63,847 bases of DNA from Patescibacteria group bacterium (GCA_034678405.1 JAXDBW010000011.1:1-63847), one strand, 5' to 3'. Numbered from the stretch's first letter, positions 30,431 through 42,992 are shown. Numbers and translations: made by a program. The notes: generated by a model from the sequence alone, not told the origin.

Positions 30431-30511
30431 ATGAATAAGAAAGGCAAAGTCGCCCAAAAGAAGCATCGTCGGAAGAAGGGCAAGAAGGTTGCTTCTATTC
30501 GGTATCGGTAG
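30431..30511 (+). CDS. Possible 26-aa highly basic micro-protein (MNKKGKVAQKKHRRKKGKKVASIRYR)
   Basis: Short ORF between ispH and the metK promoter. Its composition recalls bS22-type basic ribosomal peptides. No clear RBS. Confidence 0.2.
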   Translation: MNKKGKVAQKKHRRKKGKKVASIRYR

Positions 30512-30513
30512 GA

Positions 30514-30542
30514 TTGACATTTTCGCTGGTAGGCGATATACT
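30514..30542 (+). promoter_or_regulatory. Consensus sigma-70 promoter of the metK leader
   Basis: TTGACA (30514-30519), 17-bp spacer, TATACT (30537-30542). Confidence 0.75.
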
Positions 30543-30564
30543 GTTGTCACCTTTTACAATTCAA

Positions 30565-30712
30565 TACTTATCATGAGTGAGCCGAGGGACTTGACCCAAT
30601 GACGCTCCGGCAACCCCACCGTCCTTACCAGACAGTGGTAGGTGCTCCGTTCAAGCCCACGTATGTGGGATAGATAAGAGGTGTATATCTCTTATCACAT
30701 AAGAGATTTTTT
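30565..30712 (+). promoter_or_regulatory. SAM-I (S-box) riboswitch with terminator expression platform
   Basis: P1 is CTTATC...GATAAG. Conserved core GAGGGA, GCCC, AUGA, GCAACC, GGUGCU. Terminator ATCTCTTAT-CAC-ATAAGAGAT plus T6 (30687-30712), with 5' arm (30688-30695) complementary to 30673-30680 (P1 3' strand + AG). Lies directly upstream of metK. Confidence 0.88.
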
Positions 30713-30726
30713 AATTATCTACGACC

Positions 30727-31869
30727 ATGACCCAAAAGAAATTATTTACGTCTGAATCGGTCACCGAGGGACATCCGGACAAAGTCTGTGATCAGATCTC
30801 CGATGCTATCTATGATGAAATGCTCCGGCAGGATCCCGATTCACGTTCGGCCGTCGAGTGCTTTGCCACCACGGGATTAGTTGTCGTTGGTGGAGAAGTC
30901 AGGACGACCGGGTATGTCGATATCCAGGCACTCGTGCGGCGGACTATTCGTCGGATCGGCTATGACAAATCAGAATATGGATTCTGCGCAGATGATGTCG
31001 GGGTATTGAGCGCTATCCATGAGCAGTCGCCGGATATCGCGCAGGGTGTCGATGCGGCCGAGCAGAAAGAGCAGGGGGCCGGGGACCAGGGGCTCATGTT
31101 TGGCTTTGCCTGTGATGAGACGCCCGAGCTCATGCCGCTGCCGATTTCTCTCGCGCACCAGCTGACCAAGCGGCTCGCGGACGTACGCAAAGATCATACG
31201 CTCGACTATCTCCGACCCGATGGGAAATCGCAGGTGACGATTGAGTACGTCGACGGCAAACCGAAACGCGTCGACACCGTCGTCATCGCTGCTCAGCATG
31301 CGGAGGAGGTCACGACCGCCCAATTACAAAAGGAGATTACGGATCTCGTTATTAAGCCAGTGCTCGGCGATCTATTTACTGATGGTATCAAACTGCATAT
31401 CAATGCAACCGGACGGTTCGTGCTCGGTGGCCCGCCCGCGGATACTGGACTGACGGGTCGCAAGATTATTGTGGATACGTACGGCGGCTTTGGCGCTCAT
31501 GGCGGCGGCGCGTTCTCCGGCAAAGACGTGTCAAAGGTAGACCGCAGCGCTTCGTATGCAGCTAGATATATCGCCAAAAATATTGTTGCTGCAGGAATTG
31601 CAAAAAAATGTGAAGTCCAATTAGCTTATGCTATCGGTGTGGCTGCACCTGTTTCCATCATGGTGAATACGTTTGGTACCGGCAAGATAGATAACGGTGA
31701 ATTGGTAAACCTGATCACAAAGAACTTCCCACTGAAACCCGCGGACATCATCAGCGAACTCGACCTGAAACGGCCCATCTACGAGCAGACTGCGGCGTAT
31801 GGTCATTTCGGACGGGTCGATGTGGATTTGCCATGGGAGCAGACGAATAAAGTCGACTCACTCAAGTAA
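30727..31869 (+). CDS. metK: S-adenosylmethionine synthase
   Basis: [19 protein letters not shown] and GGGAFSGKD motifs. 380 aa. Confidence 0.97.
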   Translation: MTQKKLFTSESVTEGHPDKVCDQISDAIYDEMLRQDPDSRSAVECFATTGLVVVGGEVRTTGYVDIQALVRRTIRRIGYDKSEYGFCADDVGVLSAIHEQSPDIAQGVDAAEQKEQGAGDQGLMFGFACDETPELMPLPISLAHQLTKRLADVRKDHTLDYLRPDGKSQVTIEYVDGKPKRVDTVVIAAQHAEEVTTAQLQKEITDLVIKPVLGDLFTDGIKLHINATGRFVLGGPPADTGLTGRKIIVDTYGGFGAHGGGAFSGKDVSKVDRSASYAARYIAKNIVAAGIAKKCEVQLAYAIGVAAPVSIMVNTFGTGKIDNGELVNLITKNFPLKPADIISELDLKRPIYEQTAAYGHFGRVDVDLPWEQTNKVDSLK

Positions 31870-31912
31870 TTTATTGTTTTTTGCGGCTAAAAATACTATA
31901 CTAGACCATAGT

Positions 31913-32311
31913 ATGGGTAAATTTTTCGTCGTCATTATTATCATCGTGGGACTCGGCGTGGGCATGTATTTTTTGTTTACCTCGACGTCCTCAAGTAATG
32001 AGAATTCGTATAATGCTGCTGAAATAGTGACAGGCGCCGCAGATATCAAGATCAAAGAAAAAGCTGATAAGGATCTGGCCATCGCGAAAGCGTATGAACT
32101 CTACCGTCAGGCAATAGTTGAGGGCACCGACTTATCAAACGGCCCTTGTCTCTCAAACAAGGTGATTGATGATTGGGTGGTCGACGTGGCGCACGATCCT
32201 CGTCAAGCAGTGGATGATGAACCGGCCAATCAATGCAGCGCGTACCGGAGTGGTGAAGCGCACCATTTCGTAGAATTGAATACGAGTGGCGAGCTCATCC
32301 GCGCTGAATAA
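31913..32311 (+). CDS. Small membrane-anchored hypothetical protein
   Basis: Start moved to ATG 31913 (MGKFFVVIIIIVGLGVGMYF). A TATACT -10 box lies 10 nt upstream. Confidence 0.55.
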   Translation: MGKFFVVIIIIVGLGVGMYFLFTSTSSSNENSYNAAEIVTGAADIKIKEKADKDLAIAKAYELYRQAIVEGTDLSNGPCLSNKVIDDWVVDVAHDPRQAVDDEPANQCSAYRSGEAHHFVELNTSGELIRAE

Positions 32312-32320
32312 GCCTATAGT

Positions 32321-33406
32321 GTGTCCATGCCCGTCCCATCAAAAAACAACCCACCCACCGAAGCTCCCGCACCCATCACCAAGATAGAGAAAAGCATCGA
32401 AAAGCCGGTCAAGGCCGCGGCTCGGTATTTGCGCATTGATGAGGCTCGGCAGAAAAAAGTCATGGATGAGATAGCAGAGCACGCGACGCCGGATACGACG
32501 TTTGTCTTGCTGACTGTTTTTTCAGCGCTGATTATTGCTCTGGGGCTCCTGGTAGATAACGCAGCAGTAGTTATTGGCGGCATGATTATTGCACCGCTCT
32601 TTTGGCCGATGTTAGCGCTCGCCATCGCCATTATCAAGGGTAATGCAAAGGCGTTTCGGCGGAATCTGGTGCTGATCCTCGCCTTTAGTGTGGTTGTCGT
32701 ATTTGTATCATGGCTCGTCGGATTCATCGCCCCTGATCTCGGACCTAGCCATGAAATTATCTTACGGACGAAGCCGACGTTATTTGAACTCTTTATCGCC
32801 CTCGCAGCTGGGTTTATCGGCACCTATGCGGTCGCGCATCCAAGGCTCTCGGCCAATCTCGCTGGCGTAGTCGCGGCAATTGCGGTTGTGCCACCGCTCG
32901 GGGTGATGGGCATTCTGTTCGCCCATGGGGATTTCTCGGAGGCGATGGGCGCGGCCCTCCTCTTCGCCACGAACTTTATTGCTATTACATTTGCGGCGGT
33001 TATCTTGTTTCTCAGTGTGGGGGTGAAATTTCCTCGGTCACCAAATAATAAAAATATCGCGGCTAGTAGTTTGAGTTGGTTTGTTATTTTCTTAGTTATC
33101 GTGACCATCCCACTTACCCTGGTCATGCGAGGGATCATCGATGAAAACGTAAAGCAGTCAACGGTCAGGGATGTAGTTGAGGAATATTTGGTGAACTCAG
33201 AAATTTCAGATCTGTCGGTCACAGTAAATCCGACAGTGACAGTTATTAGGGCAACCATACGCTCTCCCTACGATGTGACGTCACTCCATGTGCGTCGGCT
33301 GTCTGACATTTTGACGGCTGAGCTCAACACTCCGGTTAATCTGACTATCAATGTAGTACCGACATATCAGGCTGGCATAGTGACCAATGGCATCTCCGGC
33401 TTATGA
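32321..33406 (+). CDS. DUF389-family integral membrane protein
   Basis: Multiple TM helices with VVIGGMIIAPLFWPMLALA, typical of DUF389/TIGR00341. The antisense ORF 32314-32823 is judged spurious. Confidence 0.55.
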   Translation: MSMPVPSKNNPPTEAPAPITKIEKSIEKPVKAAARYLRIDEARQKKVMDEIAEHATPDTTFVLLTVFSALIIALGLLVDNAAVVIGGMIIAPLFWPMLALAIAIIKGNAKAFRRNLVLILAFSVVVVFVSWLVGFIAPDLGPSHEIILRTKPTLFELFIALAAGFIGTYAVAHPRLSANLAGVVAAIAVVPPLGVMGILFAHGDFSEAMGAALLFATNFIAITFAAVILFLSVGVKFPRSPNNKNIAASSLSWFVIFLVIVTIPLTLVMRGIIDENVKQSTVRDVVEEYLVNSEISDLSVTVNPTVTVIRATIRSPYDVTSLHVRRLSDILTAELNTPVNLTINVVPTYQAGIVTNGISGL

Positions 33407-34731
33407 AGCGGTTGCTGCATCGATTATTGCCGAGGGCCACATTTCAGTTTTATCACTGGAGTCTCGCTCGATGCGGAGCGATGCGGTATCGACACCCCTC
33501 GCGCCGCTTGATTGTGATTGGCGTGACGGGGACGAAGGGGAAATCAACCACGGTTACCCTCATCAGTCGGGTGCTCGAGCAAGCCGGATATACGGTCGGG
33601 GTGATTGCCACCACCCATTTTAAGATTGGTTCCCACGAGTGGGTCAATGATACAAAACAAACCATGCCCGGCCGGTGGCGGCTGCAGCGCCTACTCCGGG
33701 ATATGGTGTCGCAGGGTTGTCGGTATGCGATCGTTGAGACATCATCGGAGGGGATTGCCCAGTTTCGTAGCGCCGGCATCGAATACGACATCGCCGTCTT
33801 TACTAATCTCTCTCCGGAACACATCGAGTCGCACGGCAGTTTCGAACAATACCGTGATGCGAAGCTGACACTATTTCGCTCACTGATGAGCCATATGCAC
33901 AAACGACTCAATGGCTCGATCGTGCCAAAGGTAATCGTCGCAAATGCTGATGATCAGGAGATCGATTTATTTCTCGAGCCGCGAGCAGATCGTCGATATA
34001 CATATTCATTGCAGCCAGAGCAGCCCACTCCTGCCGAAAGTGACGTTCATACCTGCGCGCACCAGATCAAACTCATGCATGATCACACCGAATTCGTCAT
34101 CGACAATCAGCTATTTCGGACTTGGATGCTCGGACGGTTGAATGTGAGTAATTGCCTCGCAGCGCTGAGTGTCGGGCTCTCGCAGGGAGTGAGCCTCCCC
34201 GTTATCAAAGAAGCACTGGAGGCAAATGTGCAGATACCCGGCCGACTGGAAGAAATTGCCACCCATCGTGATATTCGTATTTTTGTCGACTATGCTCATG
34301 AACCAGCCTCACTCGAAGCGGTCTACCAAGCGATCCAGGCGTTGCAGCCGAAGCGCATCATTGCCGTTCTCGGGTCGCAGGGTGGCGGCCGGGACAAAGC
34401 CAAACGCCCGATCATGGGTCGACTTGCCGGTCAGTATGCAGACTATGTGATCGTGACCAACGAAGACCCCTATGATGAAGATCCCCAGCAGATTATTGAA
34501 GACGTCATCGCCGGGGCCATCGCCGCTGGGAAACGGCGTGATGATAGCTGCTTTGCTATACGTGAGCGACGCGCGGCTCTCCAGGCGGCGCTTGATCTGG
34601 CACAGTCGGGAGATATTATTATTGTCACTGGCAAGGGGAGTGAGACCGTCATGGCAGTCGCCGGTGGGCGGCTGATCCCCTGGGACGATCGTGCCACACT
34701 ACGCGAGTTATTGTCTACTCACGTAGACTAG
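33403..34731 (+). CDS. murE: Mur ligase, MurE-like (UDP-MurNAc-L-Ala-D-Glu:diamino-acid ligase)
   Basis: P-loop GVTGTKGKSTT, ETSSEG, FTNLSPEHIESHG, VDYAHEP. The N-terminal domain is short. Confidence 0.7.
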   Translation: MKRLLHRLLPRATFQFYHWSLARCGAMRYRHPSRRLIVIGVTGTKGKSTTVTLISRVLEQAGYTVGVIATTHFKIGSHEWVNDTKQTMPGRWRLQRLLRDMVSQGCRYAIVETSSEGIAQFRSAGIEYDIAVFTNLSPEHIESHGSFEQYRDAKLTLFRSLMSHMHKRLNGSIVPKVIVANADDQEIDLFLEPRADRRYTYSLQPEQPTPAESDVHTCAHQIKLMHDHTEFVIDNQLFRTWMLGRLNVSNCLAALSVGLSQGVSLPVIKEALEANVQIPGRLEEIATHRDIRIFVDYAHEPASLEAVYQAIQALQPKRIIAVLGSQGGGRDKAKRPIMGRLAGQYADYVIVTNEDPYDEDPQQIIEDVIAGAIAAGKRRDDSCFAIRERRAALQAALDLAQSGDIIIVTGKGSETVMAVAGGRLIPWDDRATLRELLSTHVD

Positions 34732-34749
34732 ATCAGTATTACCTCGTCT

Positions 34750-35325
34750 ATGTCAGAAAGCGCTGATTCACTTGCTCACATTGCTGCAGAGGTACGATCG
34801 TGTACCCAGTGCCCGCTCTACCATGGACGCACGCATGCAGTACCCGGCGAAGGAAATCCTGAGGCGGCAGTTATGTTTATCGGAGAGGGGCCGGGAAAGA
34901 AAGAAGACGAACTCGGTCGCCCGTTCGTTGGTGCGGCTGGGAAATTTTTGGATGAACTTTTGGCAAGTATTCACTGGAGCCGCCAAGACGTCTTTATTGC
35001 TAATATTGTAAAATGTCGTCCGCCCGGTAATCGTGATCCTGAGCCTGAGGAAATCAATACCTGTACGACACATTATCTCATTGCCCAGATCGAGGCGATC
35101 CAGCCGCAGCTTATCGTTCCACTCGGCCGGCACTCTATGTATAGGTTCTTACCCGAGGATTTTAAGATATCTGAGGTACATGGGAGAGTGTTCCACCGTC
35201 ACAATCAGCATTATATGCCGCTGTACCACCCGGCGGTAGCCTTATATAACGGGGGAATGCGACAACCATTACTCGCGGACTTCCGTAAAATTCCGGCGAC
35301 ACTTAAGGCAATAGCAAAAAAATAG
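34750..35325 (+). CDS. Uracil-DNA glycosylase, family 4
   Basis: CTQCPL...GEGNPEAAVMFIGEGPG...GRPFVGAAGKFLD. Confidence 0.9.
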   Translation: MSESADSLAHIAAEVRSCTQCPLYHGRTHAVPGEGNPEAAVMFIGEGPGKKEDELGRPFVGAAGKFLDELLASIHWSRQDVFIANIVKCRPPGNRDPEPEEINTCTTHYLIAQIEAIQPQLIVPLGRHSMYRFLPEDFKISEVHGRVFHRHNQHYMPLYHPAVALYNGGMRQPLLADFRKIPATLKAIAKK

Positions 35326-35457
35326 CTAAAATAACATAAATCTGTGGATAACCTGTGCTCATCCATGATGAGCGCTTATTTAGAGTAGATTTCAAAAAGG
35401 TAATATATTGCTAATGTTAGTATAAATTTGACACATTTTTGTTTTTTTGCATAAAAC

Positions 35458-35487
35458 TTGACATTTCCCACAGCCATCTGTTATTAT
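35458..35487 (+). promoter_or_regulatory. Promoter upstream of rpoB
   Basis: TTGACA (35458-35463), 17-18 bp spacer, TTATTAT. A second TTGACA at 35428-35433 suggests tandem promoters. Confidence 0.5.
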
Positions 35488-35608
35488 CCGAACTACATAT
35501 CCTGACGGAGACGTCAAAACATTACATGACGTTTAGTCGCAAAACATAACAAATTAGCCATTACATACCCTCTTTCACGCTTTCGTAGGGTGGGGAGAGT
35601 CTATTTTT

Positions 35609-38600
35609 ATGTCTACCTCACAAGTCACCCTGGCGCCTGAGCGCCAACGTTTTACTAAAAGTGCAGCGGCTATCGAGCTCCCGAATTTAATAGAAGCCCA
35701 GCGCCATTCATATGAATGGTTTTTAAAGGAGGGCCTGAAGGAGTTGTTTGAGGAAATTTCCCCGGTCAAAGACTTCATCGGCCGTGATCTCGAGCTGTAT
35801 TTCCTCGATTATTACCTGGACGAGCCACGGTTTGACGAGTGGAAGGCGAAAGAGAAGAATGTGACGTTTGAAGCACCCATGCGTGTGGAAACGAAACTGG
35901 TCAATAAAAAGACCGGCGAAATTAAAGAGCAGGAAGTATACCTCGGTGATTTTCCCCTGATGACTGATCGCGGCACCTTCATTATTAATGGGATTGAGCG
36001 TGTCGTCGTGAGCCAGCTGATTCGATCGGCTGGTGTTTTTTTCACCTCAGAATTAATTTGCGGTCGTCGCTATTACGGCGCGAAGATTATTCCGAACCGC
36101 GGCGCCTGGCTCGAGCTCGAAACCGATGCCAATAATATTATCTCGGTAAAAATCGATCGGAAACGGAAAGTGCCGGTAACCTCGCTCTTGCGCGCCTTTG
36201 GCTTCGGTAATGACGAAGAGATCAAAGCTATTTTCACCGATGTCCAGCAGGGCCAAGAAGTCGACTACCTCGAAGCTACCCTCGCGAAGGACGTCTCCCG
36301 CAATGAAGCTGAGGGTCTCCGTGAAGTATACAAACGTATCCGACCGGGCGATCTCGCGACCGTCGATAATGCCCGCGAACTCATCTATAAAATGTTCTTC
36401 TCATTTGATCGCTATGACTTCGGTCGCGTGGGGCGCTACAAACTCAACCAGCGGTTTGGGTTTGACTTCCCGAATTCAAAAGAGTATCGCGTCCTCCAAA
36501 AAGAAGACGTGGTCTCTATCATGAAAGAGATCATCCGCCTGAACAACACCCAGAAAGAAGCCGATGACATCGATCATCTCGGTAATCGTCGCGTCCGCGC
36601 CATCGGCGAACTCGTCCAGAACAAATTCCGCATCGGTCTCGCCCGCATGGAGCGTATCGTCCGCGATCGCATGAGTACGATGGATATCAATACGCTGACG
36701 CCAAATCAGCTGATTAACGCCCGTCCCATCATTGGTTCGATCAAGGAGTTTTTCATGTCATCTCAGCTCTCACAGTTTATGGATCAGACCAACCCTCTGG
36801 CTGAGCTCGAACACAAACGTCGTCTGTCCGCGATGGGTCCTGGCGGTTTGTCCCGCGAGCGGGCTGGATTTGATGTCCGTGACGTACACCGCACTCACTA
36901 TGGTCGTATCTGTCCGATTGCCACACCTGAGGGACCAAATATTGGTTTGGTTGGGCACCTCTCCTGTTATGCGCGCATCAATGAATTCGGTTTTATCGAA
37001 ACCCCATTTCGGAAGGTAGTGCATGATGTCGAGAATAAAGCATCGGCGATGGAAAATGAGATTCTGCGCGAAGATGTCAAAGACGCGAGCGGCACTGTAA
37101 TCGCCACCGCCGGTACGACTATTACGAAAGATATTGCCAAGCAGATTGCCGCCACTGACTGGGCGACCGTCCCGGTGAAACCGCGCGTGACAAATGAGAT
37201 TGTGTATCTCGATGCATTTGTCGAGGAGCGGAGTATCACCACCGCGGCCACGACGCCGATTGATGCGGATGGGTACTTCCTCAATGACAAAGCCGAAGTT
37301 CGCCGTCGGGGTGAACCGACCGTCGACTCAGTGGAACGCGTCGACTATATGGATGTTGCGCCGTATCAAATTATTAGTATTACCACTGCCCTGATTCCTT
37401 TCCTCGAGCATGATGACGCGGTTCGTGCATTGATGGGTTCAAACATGCAACGCCAGGCTGTCCCGTGTATCATCCCTGATTCACCCCTGGTGGGGACGGG
37501 CGTCGAGTATAAAGCAGCCACTGACTCAGGTCAGACCATCGTTAGCAAAGTCGATGGCAAGGTGGTACACGCCGATGGCGCCGAAGTTCACGTCCAGGAT
37601 ACCAATGGCAAAGTACATGAATATCGGCTCCAGAAGTTTGTCCGATCCAATGCCTCGACCTGTATCAACCAGCGACCCGTCGTCGAAGTAGGACAGCAGG
37701 TAGCGGTCGGGAGCGTCCTCGCGGACGGTCCAGCCACGGACAACGGTGAACTCGCCCTCGGGCAAAATGCCCTGGTGGCATTTATGTCCTGGGAGGGTGG
37801 CAACTATGAAGACGCCATCCTGATCTCTGACCGGTTCGTCCAGTCAGACAAGCTGACGTCGATCCATATCGAAGAATACACTGTCGATGTCCGGGATACG
37901 AAACTCGGACCGGAGGTGGTGACCCGTGACATTCCTAATATTGGTGAAGAGAAACTCAAGGATCTCGACGAAGAAGGTATCGTCCGGATTGGCGCGGAAG
38001 TGTCATCGGGTGACATCCTCGTCGGGAAAATTACGCCCAAAGGTGAGACCGAACTCTCCGCTGAGGAAAAACTGCTTCGTGCTATCTTCGGCGAGAAGGC
38101 TAAAGACGTCAAAGACAGCTCCCTCTATCTCGAACATGGTGAACAGGGTAAGGTTGTCGATGTGAAAATTTTCTCCCGGGAGCAGGGTGACAAACTCTCC
38201 TCCGGGATTTTGAAATCTATCCAAGTATCAGTCGCGCAGCTGCGCAAAATCCAGGTTGGTGATAAGCTCGCCGGTCGCCACGGCAACAAAGGTGTCATTT
38301 CCCGCATCGTCGCGGCCGAAGATATGCCACACCTCGAGGACGGGACACCAGTCGACGTGGTACTGAATCCACTCGGTGTCGCCTCTCGTATGAATATTGG
38401 TCAGATCCTCGAAACGCACCTCGGCATGGCCGCGAATGCCCTCGGATACAAAGTTGCGACTGCTCCGCTCAATGGGACTGAAGAAGAGACCATCCGCGAA
38501 GAACTCCAAAAAGCAGGCTTCCCCGCTGACGGGAAAGTGCAGCTCTATGATGGTCGGACCGGTAATAAGTTTGACCAAAAGGTGACCGTCGGTTTCATGT

Positions 38601-39031
38601 ATATGCTGAAATTGAACCACATGGTGGAGGACAAGATCCACATGCGGTCAATCGGTCCGTACTCACTCGTGACCCAGCAGCCACTCGGTGGTAAAGCGCA
38701 GTTTGGTGGTCAGCGGTTTGGTGAGATGGAAGTCTGGGCGCTCGAAGCCTATGGTGCTGCGTATACGCTACAGGAAATGCTCACCATCAAATCAGATGAT
38801 GTGCCTGGCCGGTCAAAGGCCTATGAAGCCATCATCAAAGGTGAGCCGATCAAGAAACTCAATATTCCAGAAACATTCAACGTACTCATCCGTGAGCTCA
38901 AGGGTCTCGCCCTTGATGTCGAGCTCATCGGTGAAGAAAAAGAAGATTATCACGCTGATGACAATCGCGAACGGCGCCCTGAGGAACCAGCGGCAACCGA
39001 AGCATCAACCACTAACGAAGAGGAAAAATAA
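35609..39031 (+). CDS. rpoB: DNA-directed RNA polymerase subunit beta
   Basis: 1140 aa with canonical beta motifs throughout. Confidence 0.98.
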   Translation: MSTSQVTLAPERQRFTKSAAAIELPNLIEAQRHSYEWFLKEGLKELFEEISPVKDFIGRDLELYFLDYYLDEPRFDEWKAKEKNVTFEAPMRVETKLVNKKTGEIKEQEVYLGDFPLMTDRGTFIINGIERVVVSQLIRSAGVFFTSELICGRRYYGAKIIPNRGAWLELETDANNIISVKIDRKRKVPVTSLLRAFGFGNDEEIKAIFTDVQQGQEVDYLEATLAKDVSRNEAEGLREVYKRIRPGDLATVDNARELIYKMFFSFDRYDFGRVGRYKLNQRFGFDFPNSKEYRVLQKEDVVSIMKEIIRLNNTQKEADDIDHLGNRRVRAIGELVQNKFRIGLARMERIVRDRMSTMDINTLTPNQLINARPIIGSIKEFFMSSQLSQFMDQTNPLAELEHKRRLSAMGPGGLSRERAGFDVRDVHRTHYGRICPIATPEGPNIGLVGHLSCYARINEFGFIETPFRKVVHDVENKASAMENEILREDVKDASGTVIATAGTTITKDIAKQIAATDWATVPVKPRVTNEIVYLDAFVEERSITTAATTPIDADGYFLNDKAEVRRRGEPTVDSVERVDYMDVAPYQIISITTALIPFLEHDDAVRALMGSNMQRQAVPCIIPDSPLVGTGVEYKAATDSGQTIVSKVDGKVVHADGAEVHVQDTNGKVHEYRLQKFVRSNASTCINQRPVVEVGQQVAVGSVLADGPATDNGELALGQNALVAFMSWEGGNYEDAILISDRFVQSDKLTSIHIEEYTVDVRDTKLGPEVVTRDIPNIGEEKLKDLDEEGIVRIGAEVSSGDILVGKITPKGETELSAEEKLLRAIFGEKAKDVKDSSLYLEHGEQGKVVDVKIFSREQGDKLSSGILKSIQVSVAQLRKIQVGDKLAGRHGNKGVISRIVAAEDMPHLEDGTPVDVVLNPLGVASRMNIGQILETHLGMAANALGYKVATAPLNGTEEETIREELQKAGFPADGKVQLYDGRTGNKFDQKVTVGFMYMLKLNHMVEDKIHMRSIGPYSLVTQQPLGGKAQFGGQRFGEMEVWALEAYGAAYTLQEMLTIKSDDVPGRSKAYEAIIKGEPIKKLNIPETFNVLIRELKGLALDVELIGEEKEDYHADDNRERRPEEPAATEASTTNEEEK

Positions 39032-39035
39032 TACT

Positions 39036-42000
39036 ATGGCCGGAGAAATTACGCCAACGACAGTTGACTTCGAAGCAATCCGCCTCAAACTTGCCAGTCC
39101 CGAGGGCATCATGGGCTGGTCACATGGTGAGGTGACGAAGCCAGAAACTATCAACTACCGCACTCAGAAACCTGAGAAAGACGGCCTCTTCTGCGAAAAA
39201 ATCTTTGGCCCGACCAAGGACTGGGAATGCTACTGTGGGAAATACAAGAAGGTTCGCTACAAAGGCATTGTCTGTGATAAATGTGGCGTGGAAGTCACGC
39301 GCAGCATTGTGCGGCGTGAACGGATGGGGCATATCGCCCTTGCGGCACCGGTCTCGCATATCTGGTTCCTGCGTGGTGTCCCGTCAAAGATTGGCTTGAT
39401 GCTCGACCTCTCGGTTCAGGAATTAGAGAAAGTTATTTACTTTGCCAACTTCGTCATTACCAAAGTCGATGATGAACTCCGCGATCAGACACTGGAGCAG
39501 ATCAATGTCGAATACGAAGCCAAGAAGAAGTCGATCGAGGCCGAGGCCAACCGCATCACCAGTGAAATCAAGCAGCGCCAGGCGACCGAGGCTGACCAAG
39601 AACCCGATGAGAAGAAAAAGAAAGAACTGATCAAAGAGATTGATGAAGAGCTCGCGGCCAATGCTCAGCGCAAAGATAAGAAGCTCGAAGACCTTGAAGA
39701 AGCCGTCGACCTTGCGAAAAAAGAACTCAAGAATCTGAAACCCCTCCAAATCATTTCCGAGCAGCAGTATCGTGATCTCTCTTTGAAATACGGCCATGTC
39801 TTCGAGGCGGAAATCGGCGCGGAAGCTATTCGCAACCTACTGACAACTATCGACCTCGATGAGTCGATCAAGACTCTCGAGAAAGAAATTGCCGATCTCC
39901 CTGACGCGAAGAAGCGCCGCGCTGTTCGTCGATTAAAGTTATTTAAGAGTTTCAAACTTAATAAATTCCGCCCCGAATGGATGGTATTGACCGTCATCCC
40001 GGTGATCCCCCCGGATCTGCGACCCATGGTGCAGCTCGACGGTGGCCGGTTTGCCGCCTCAGATCTGAACGATCTCTATCGCCGTGTCATCAACCGTAAC
40101 AACCGTCTGAAACGGCTAATTACCCTGAATGCCCCTGAAGTAATCCGGCGTAATGAGAAGCGTATGCTGCAGGAGGCGGTTGACGCGTTGATTGATAATA
40201 ATGCACGTCATGGTAAGACCGTGACTGCCTCCACTGGCCAGAAGCGACAGCTGAAATCCATCGCCGATATCCTGAAAGGCAAGCAAGGACGATTCCGTCA
40301 GAATCTCCTCGGTAAACGCGTCGACTACTCTGGTCGTTCGGTTATTGTGGTTGGTCCGCACTTGAAAATGGATCAGTGTGGATTGCCGAAACGAATGGCT
40401 CTCGAACTATTCAAACCGTTTATCATCAGCCAACTCATCAAGCGAGAATACGTTCACAATGTCCGCAGCGCGAGCCGCTTCATCGAGTCTGGCCGCTCAG
40501 AGGTGTGGGACATCCTGGAAGAGGTATCGAAAGATGCCCACGTGCTATTGAATCGTGCCCCAACCCTCCACCGACTTGGTATCCAGGCGTTCCGTCCGGT
40601 CCTGATCGAGGGTAAGGCTATCCAAGTGCACCCTATGGTCTGCCCCGCGTTTAATGCTGACTTCGACGGTGACCAGATGGCTGTCCACGTCCCGCTGACG
40701 GAAAATGCCAAACGTGAAGCCGCCGATATCATTGCCTCAATCAACAACCTCCTGAAACCCTCCACCGGTCAACCTATCGTGACCCCGTCACAGGATCTCG
40801 TGCTCGGGATGTATTACCTGACGGTGCTGCGCGAAACCCCAGCCGACCAGATGCGCGCTTTCAGCTCGATTGATGAAGCGCTCATGGCTGAGCAGCTCGA
40901 CCAAATCCATTTGCAGGACCAGGTAAAAGTAGAGATTGATGGAAAAGTACTCGAAACATCAGCTGGCCGGATTATCTTCAATCAGCTTCTGCCTGAGGAA
41001 ATCGGCTATGTCAATGAGACCATGGACAAGAAAGCACTGTCCATGCTGATCAGCAGCATCCTCAATCAGCTGGGCAATGGACCAACCACCGCGCTCCTGG
41101 ATCGATTCAAATCAGCTGCGTTTAACTATCTGACTCGCTCAGGTATCAGCTGGGGCATGGACGATCTCGTTATTCCTGATAAAAAGAAAGAAATTCTCAC
41201 CGCCGCGGAAAAGCAGGTTGAGGAAGTAGAGAATCATTTCGAGCAAGGGCTCCTGACCGATGATGAGCGCCACATGAAGGTTATCGAAATTTGGGCGGAT
41301 GCGAAGGATCAAATCCAGACCGTCAGTCGCAAGGCGCTCGATCAAAAAGGCCCCATTTTCAGCATGATCGAGTCCGGTGCCCGTGGCTCATGGGCTCAGA
41401 CGACTCAGATGATGGGTATGAAGGGTCTCGTGACCAACCCTGCTGGTGATACAATTGAGCTTCCCGTGAAAGGAAGTTTCAAAGAAGGATTTGATGTACT
41501 AGAATATTTCATCTCTACACACGGTGCTCGCAAGGGTCTGTCTGACACGGCTCTCCGCACCGCCAACGCTGGCTACCTCACCCGTCGTCTCGTCGATGTC
41601 TGTCAGGATGTTATCGTGACCAGCGAAGACTGTGGTGATACGGATGGGTTCATGCTGATTGACGATGGTTCTGAGTTTGGTGACAGCATGGCGAAGCGCT
41701 TGCTCGGTCGCGTCGTCCTCCAGGACATCAAGGACAAAAGCAAGACCGTCGTGAAAAAAGGTACCCTCGTCACCGAGGAACACCTGCCGAAATTAGAGAA
41801 ATTAGAATTGAAAGAAGTCCTCGTCCGGTCGGTTCTCTCCTGTAAATCGCACTGGGGTATCTGCCAAAAATGTTATGGCTACGACCTCGGATTCAATAAG
41901 ATGGTTGAGATGGGCGTCGCCACGGGTATCATCGCGGCCCAAAGTATCGGTGAGCCCGGTACCCAGCTGACTATGCGGACATTCCACACTGGTGGTGTCG

Positions 42001-42935
42001 CCGGTCGTGATATTACCCAGGGTCTCCCTCGGGTTGAGGAGCTATTTGAAGCCCGCCCGATTCGTCGTCCGGCAATCATTGCCAATGTGAGTGGGAAAGC
42101 ACAGATTACGGAAGGTGAAGACAAGCGAAGCAAACGCATTGTCATCACGCACAAGGCTATGGATGAGCAGGAGTATAAGATTAAGAGCAAGAAAAAGGTT
42201 GAGATCAAGGTAAAAGATGGTACGGCGGTGAAGGATGGGCAAGTGCTCTTCGTCGAAGGTGACCGGGAAACCAAGGCCAAAGGCGCTGGTACGGTTCGCG
42301 TCGAGGATAAGGCTGTGTACGTCATTGCGGAAAAGGATAAAGAGCGTGAGTACACAGTGAACCCCGGCCAGATGGTTTGGATCAAAGATGGCGATCTCGT
42401 GAATGTCGGTGACCAGCTCACTGATGGTAGCGTCGACCTGCACCAACTCTTCTATCTGAAGGGTGTTGAGGCAGTTCAGCGCTATATCATCAAGGAAATT
42501 CAATACATCTATTCATCCCAAGGCCAAAAACTCAATGAAAAGCATATCGAGATCGTGGTGAAGCAGATGTTCTCTCGCATCTACGTCAAGAACCCGGGCG
42601 ATACGACATTACTCTCTGGTGAAGTTGCCGAAAAGACGCGTTTCGATGCGGAAAACGAGGCGGCTGCTGCAGCGAAAAAAGAACCAGCCACTGGCGACCA
42701 ATTGCTGCTCGGTATTACCAAGGCCTCTCTCTCCATCGATAGTTTCCTGTCAGCCGCATCATTCCAAGAGACCGCCCGCGTCCTCATCGACGCCGCTGTC
42801 TCTGGCAAAGTTGACACCCTCCGCGGGCTGAAAGAAAACGTGATTATTGGTAAGTTGATTCCGGCCGGGACCGGGTTTGCCGCCCGACAGGCCGAAGCCG
42901 CGGCTGAAGCTGCCGAGGCAAAAGATGAGAAATAA
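39036..42935 (+). CDS. rpoC: DNA-directed RNA polymerase subunit beta'
   Basis: Start moved to ATG 39036 ([23 protein letters not shown]). Zn-finger cysteines and NADFDGD are present. The track ORF start at 38688 overlaps rpoB out of frame. Confidence 0.98.
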   Translation: MAGEITPTTVDFEAIRLKLASPEGIMGWSHGEVTKPETINYRTQKPEKDGLFCEKIFGPTKDWECYCGKYKKVRYKGIVCDKCGVEVTRSIVRRERMGHIALAAPVSHIWFLRGVPSKIGLMLDLSVQELEKVIYFANFVITKVDDELRDQTLEQINVEYEAKKKSIEAEANRITSEIKQRQATEADQEPDEKKKKELIKEIDEELAANAQRKDKKLEDLEEAVDLAKKELKNLKPLQIISEQQYRDLSLKYGHVFEAEIGAEAIRNLLTTIDLDESIKTLEKEIADLPDAKKRRAVRRLKLFKSFKLNKFRPEWMVLTVIPVIPPDLRPMVQLDGGRFAASDLNDLYRRVINRNNRLKRLITLNAPEVIRRNEKRMLQEAVDALIDNNARHGKTVTASTGQKRQLKSIADILKGKQGRFRQNLLGKRVDYSGRSVIVVGPHLKMDQCGLPKRMALELFKPFIISQLIKREYVHNVRSASRFIESGRSEVWDILEEVSKDAHVLLNRAPTLHRLGIQAFRPVLIEGKAIQVHPMVCPAFNADFDGDQMAVHVPLTENAKREAADIIASINNLLKPSTGQPIVTPSQDLVLGMYYLTVLRETPADQMRAFSSIDEALMAEQLDQIHLQDQVKVEIDGKVLETSAGRIIFNQLLPEEIGYVNETMDKKALSMLISSILNQLGNGPTTALLDRFKSAAFNYLTRSGISWGMDDLVIPDKKKEILTAAEKQVEEVENHFEQGLLTDDERHMKVIEIWADAKDQIQTVSRKALDQKGPIFSMIESGARGSWAQTTQMMGMKGLVTNPAGDTIELPVKGSFKEGFDVLEYFISTHGARKGLSDTALRTANAGYLTRRLVDVCQDVIVTSEDCGDTDGFMLIDDGSEFGDSMAKRLLGRVVLQDIKDKSKTVVKKGTLVTEEHLPKLEKLELKEVLVRSVLSCKSHWGICQKCYGYDLGFNKMVEMGVATGIIAAQSIGEPGTQLTMRTFHTGGVAGRDITQGLPRVEELFEARPIRRPAIIANVSGKAQITEGEDKRSKRIVITHKAMDEQEYKIKSKKKVEIKVKDGTAVKDGQVLFVEGDRETKAKGAGTVRVEDKAVYVIAEKDKEREYTVNPGQMVWIKDGDLVNVGDQLTDGSVDLHQLFYLKGVEAVQRYIIKEIQYIYSSQGQKLNEKHIEIVVKQMFSRIYVKNPGDTTLLSGEVAEKTRFDAENEAAAAAKKEPATGDQLLLGITKASLSIDSFLSAASFQETARVLIDAAVSGKVDTLRGLKENVIIGKLIPAGTGFAARQAEAAAEAAEAKDEK

Positions 42936-42963
42936 TACCACTCTTGGAGTACCCATTGATACC

Positions 42964-42992
42964 ACCCAGCCCTTCGCGAAGGGCTGGGTTTG
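42964..42992 (+). terminator. Intrinsic terminator after rpoC
   Basis: ACCCAGCCC-TTCGCGAA-GGGCTGGGT hairpin followed by a short T-rich tail. Confidence 0.65.

Noticed and set aside
35343-35351. Perfect DnaA box (TGTGGATAA, i.e. TTATCCACA on the minus strand) upstream of rpoB.
   Set aside because: It is a single isolated box, with no cluster, no AT-rich unwinding element, and no dnaA or dnaN nearby. That is not enough to call an origin.
38688-39035. Upstream extension of the rpoC ORF overlapping the rpoB 3' end.
   Set aside because: The conserved beta' N-terminus starts at ATG 39036, 4 nt after the rpoB stop. The extension has no homology-like features.
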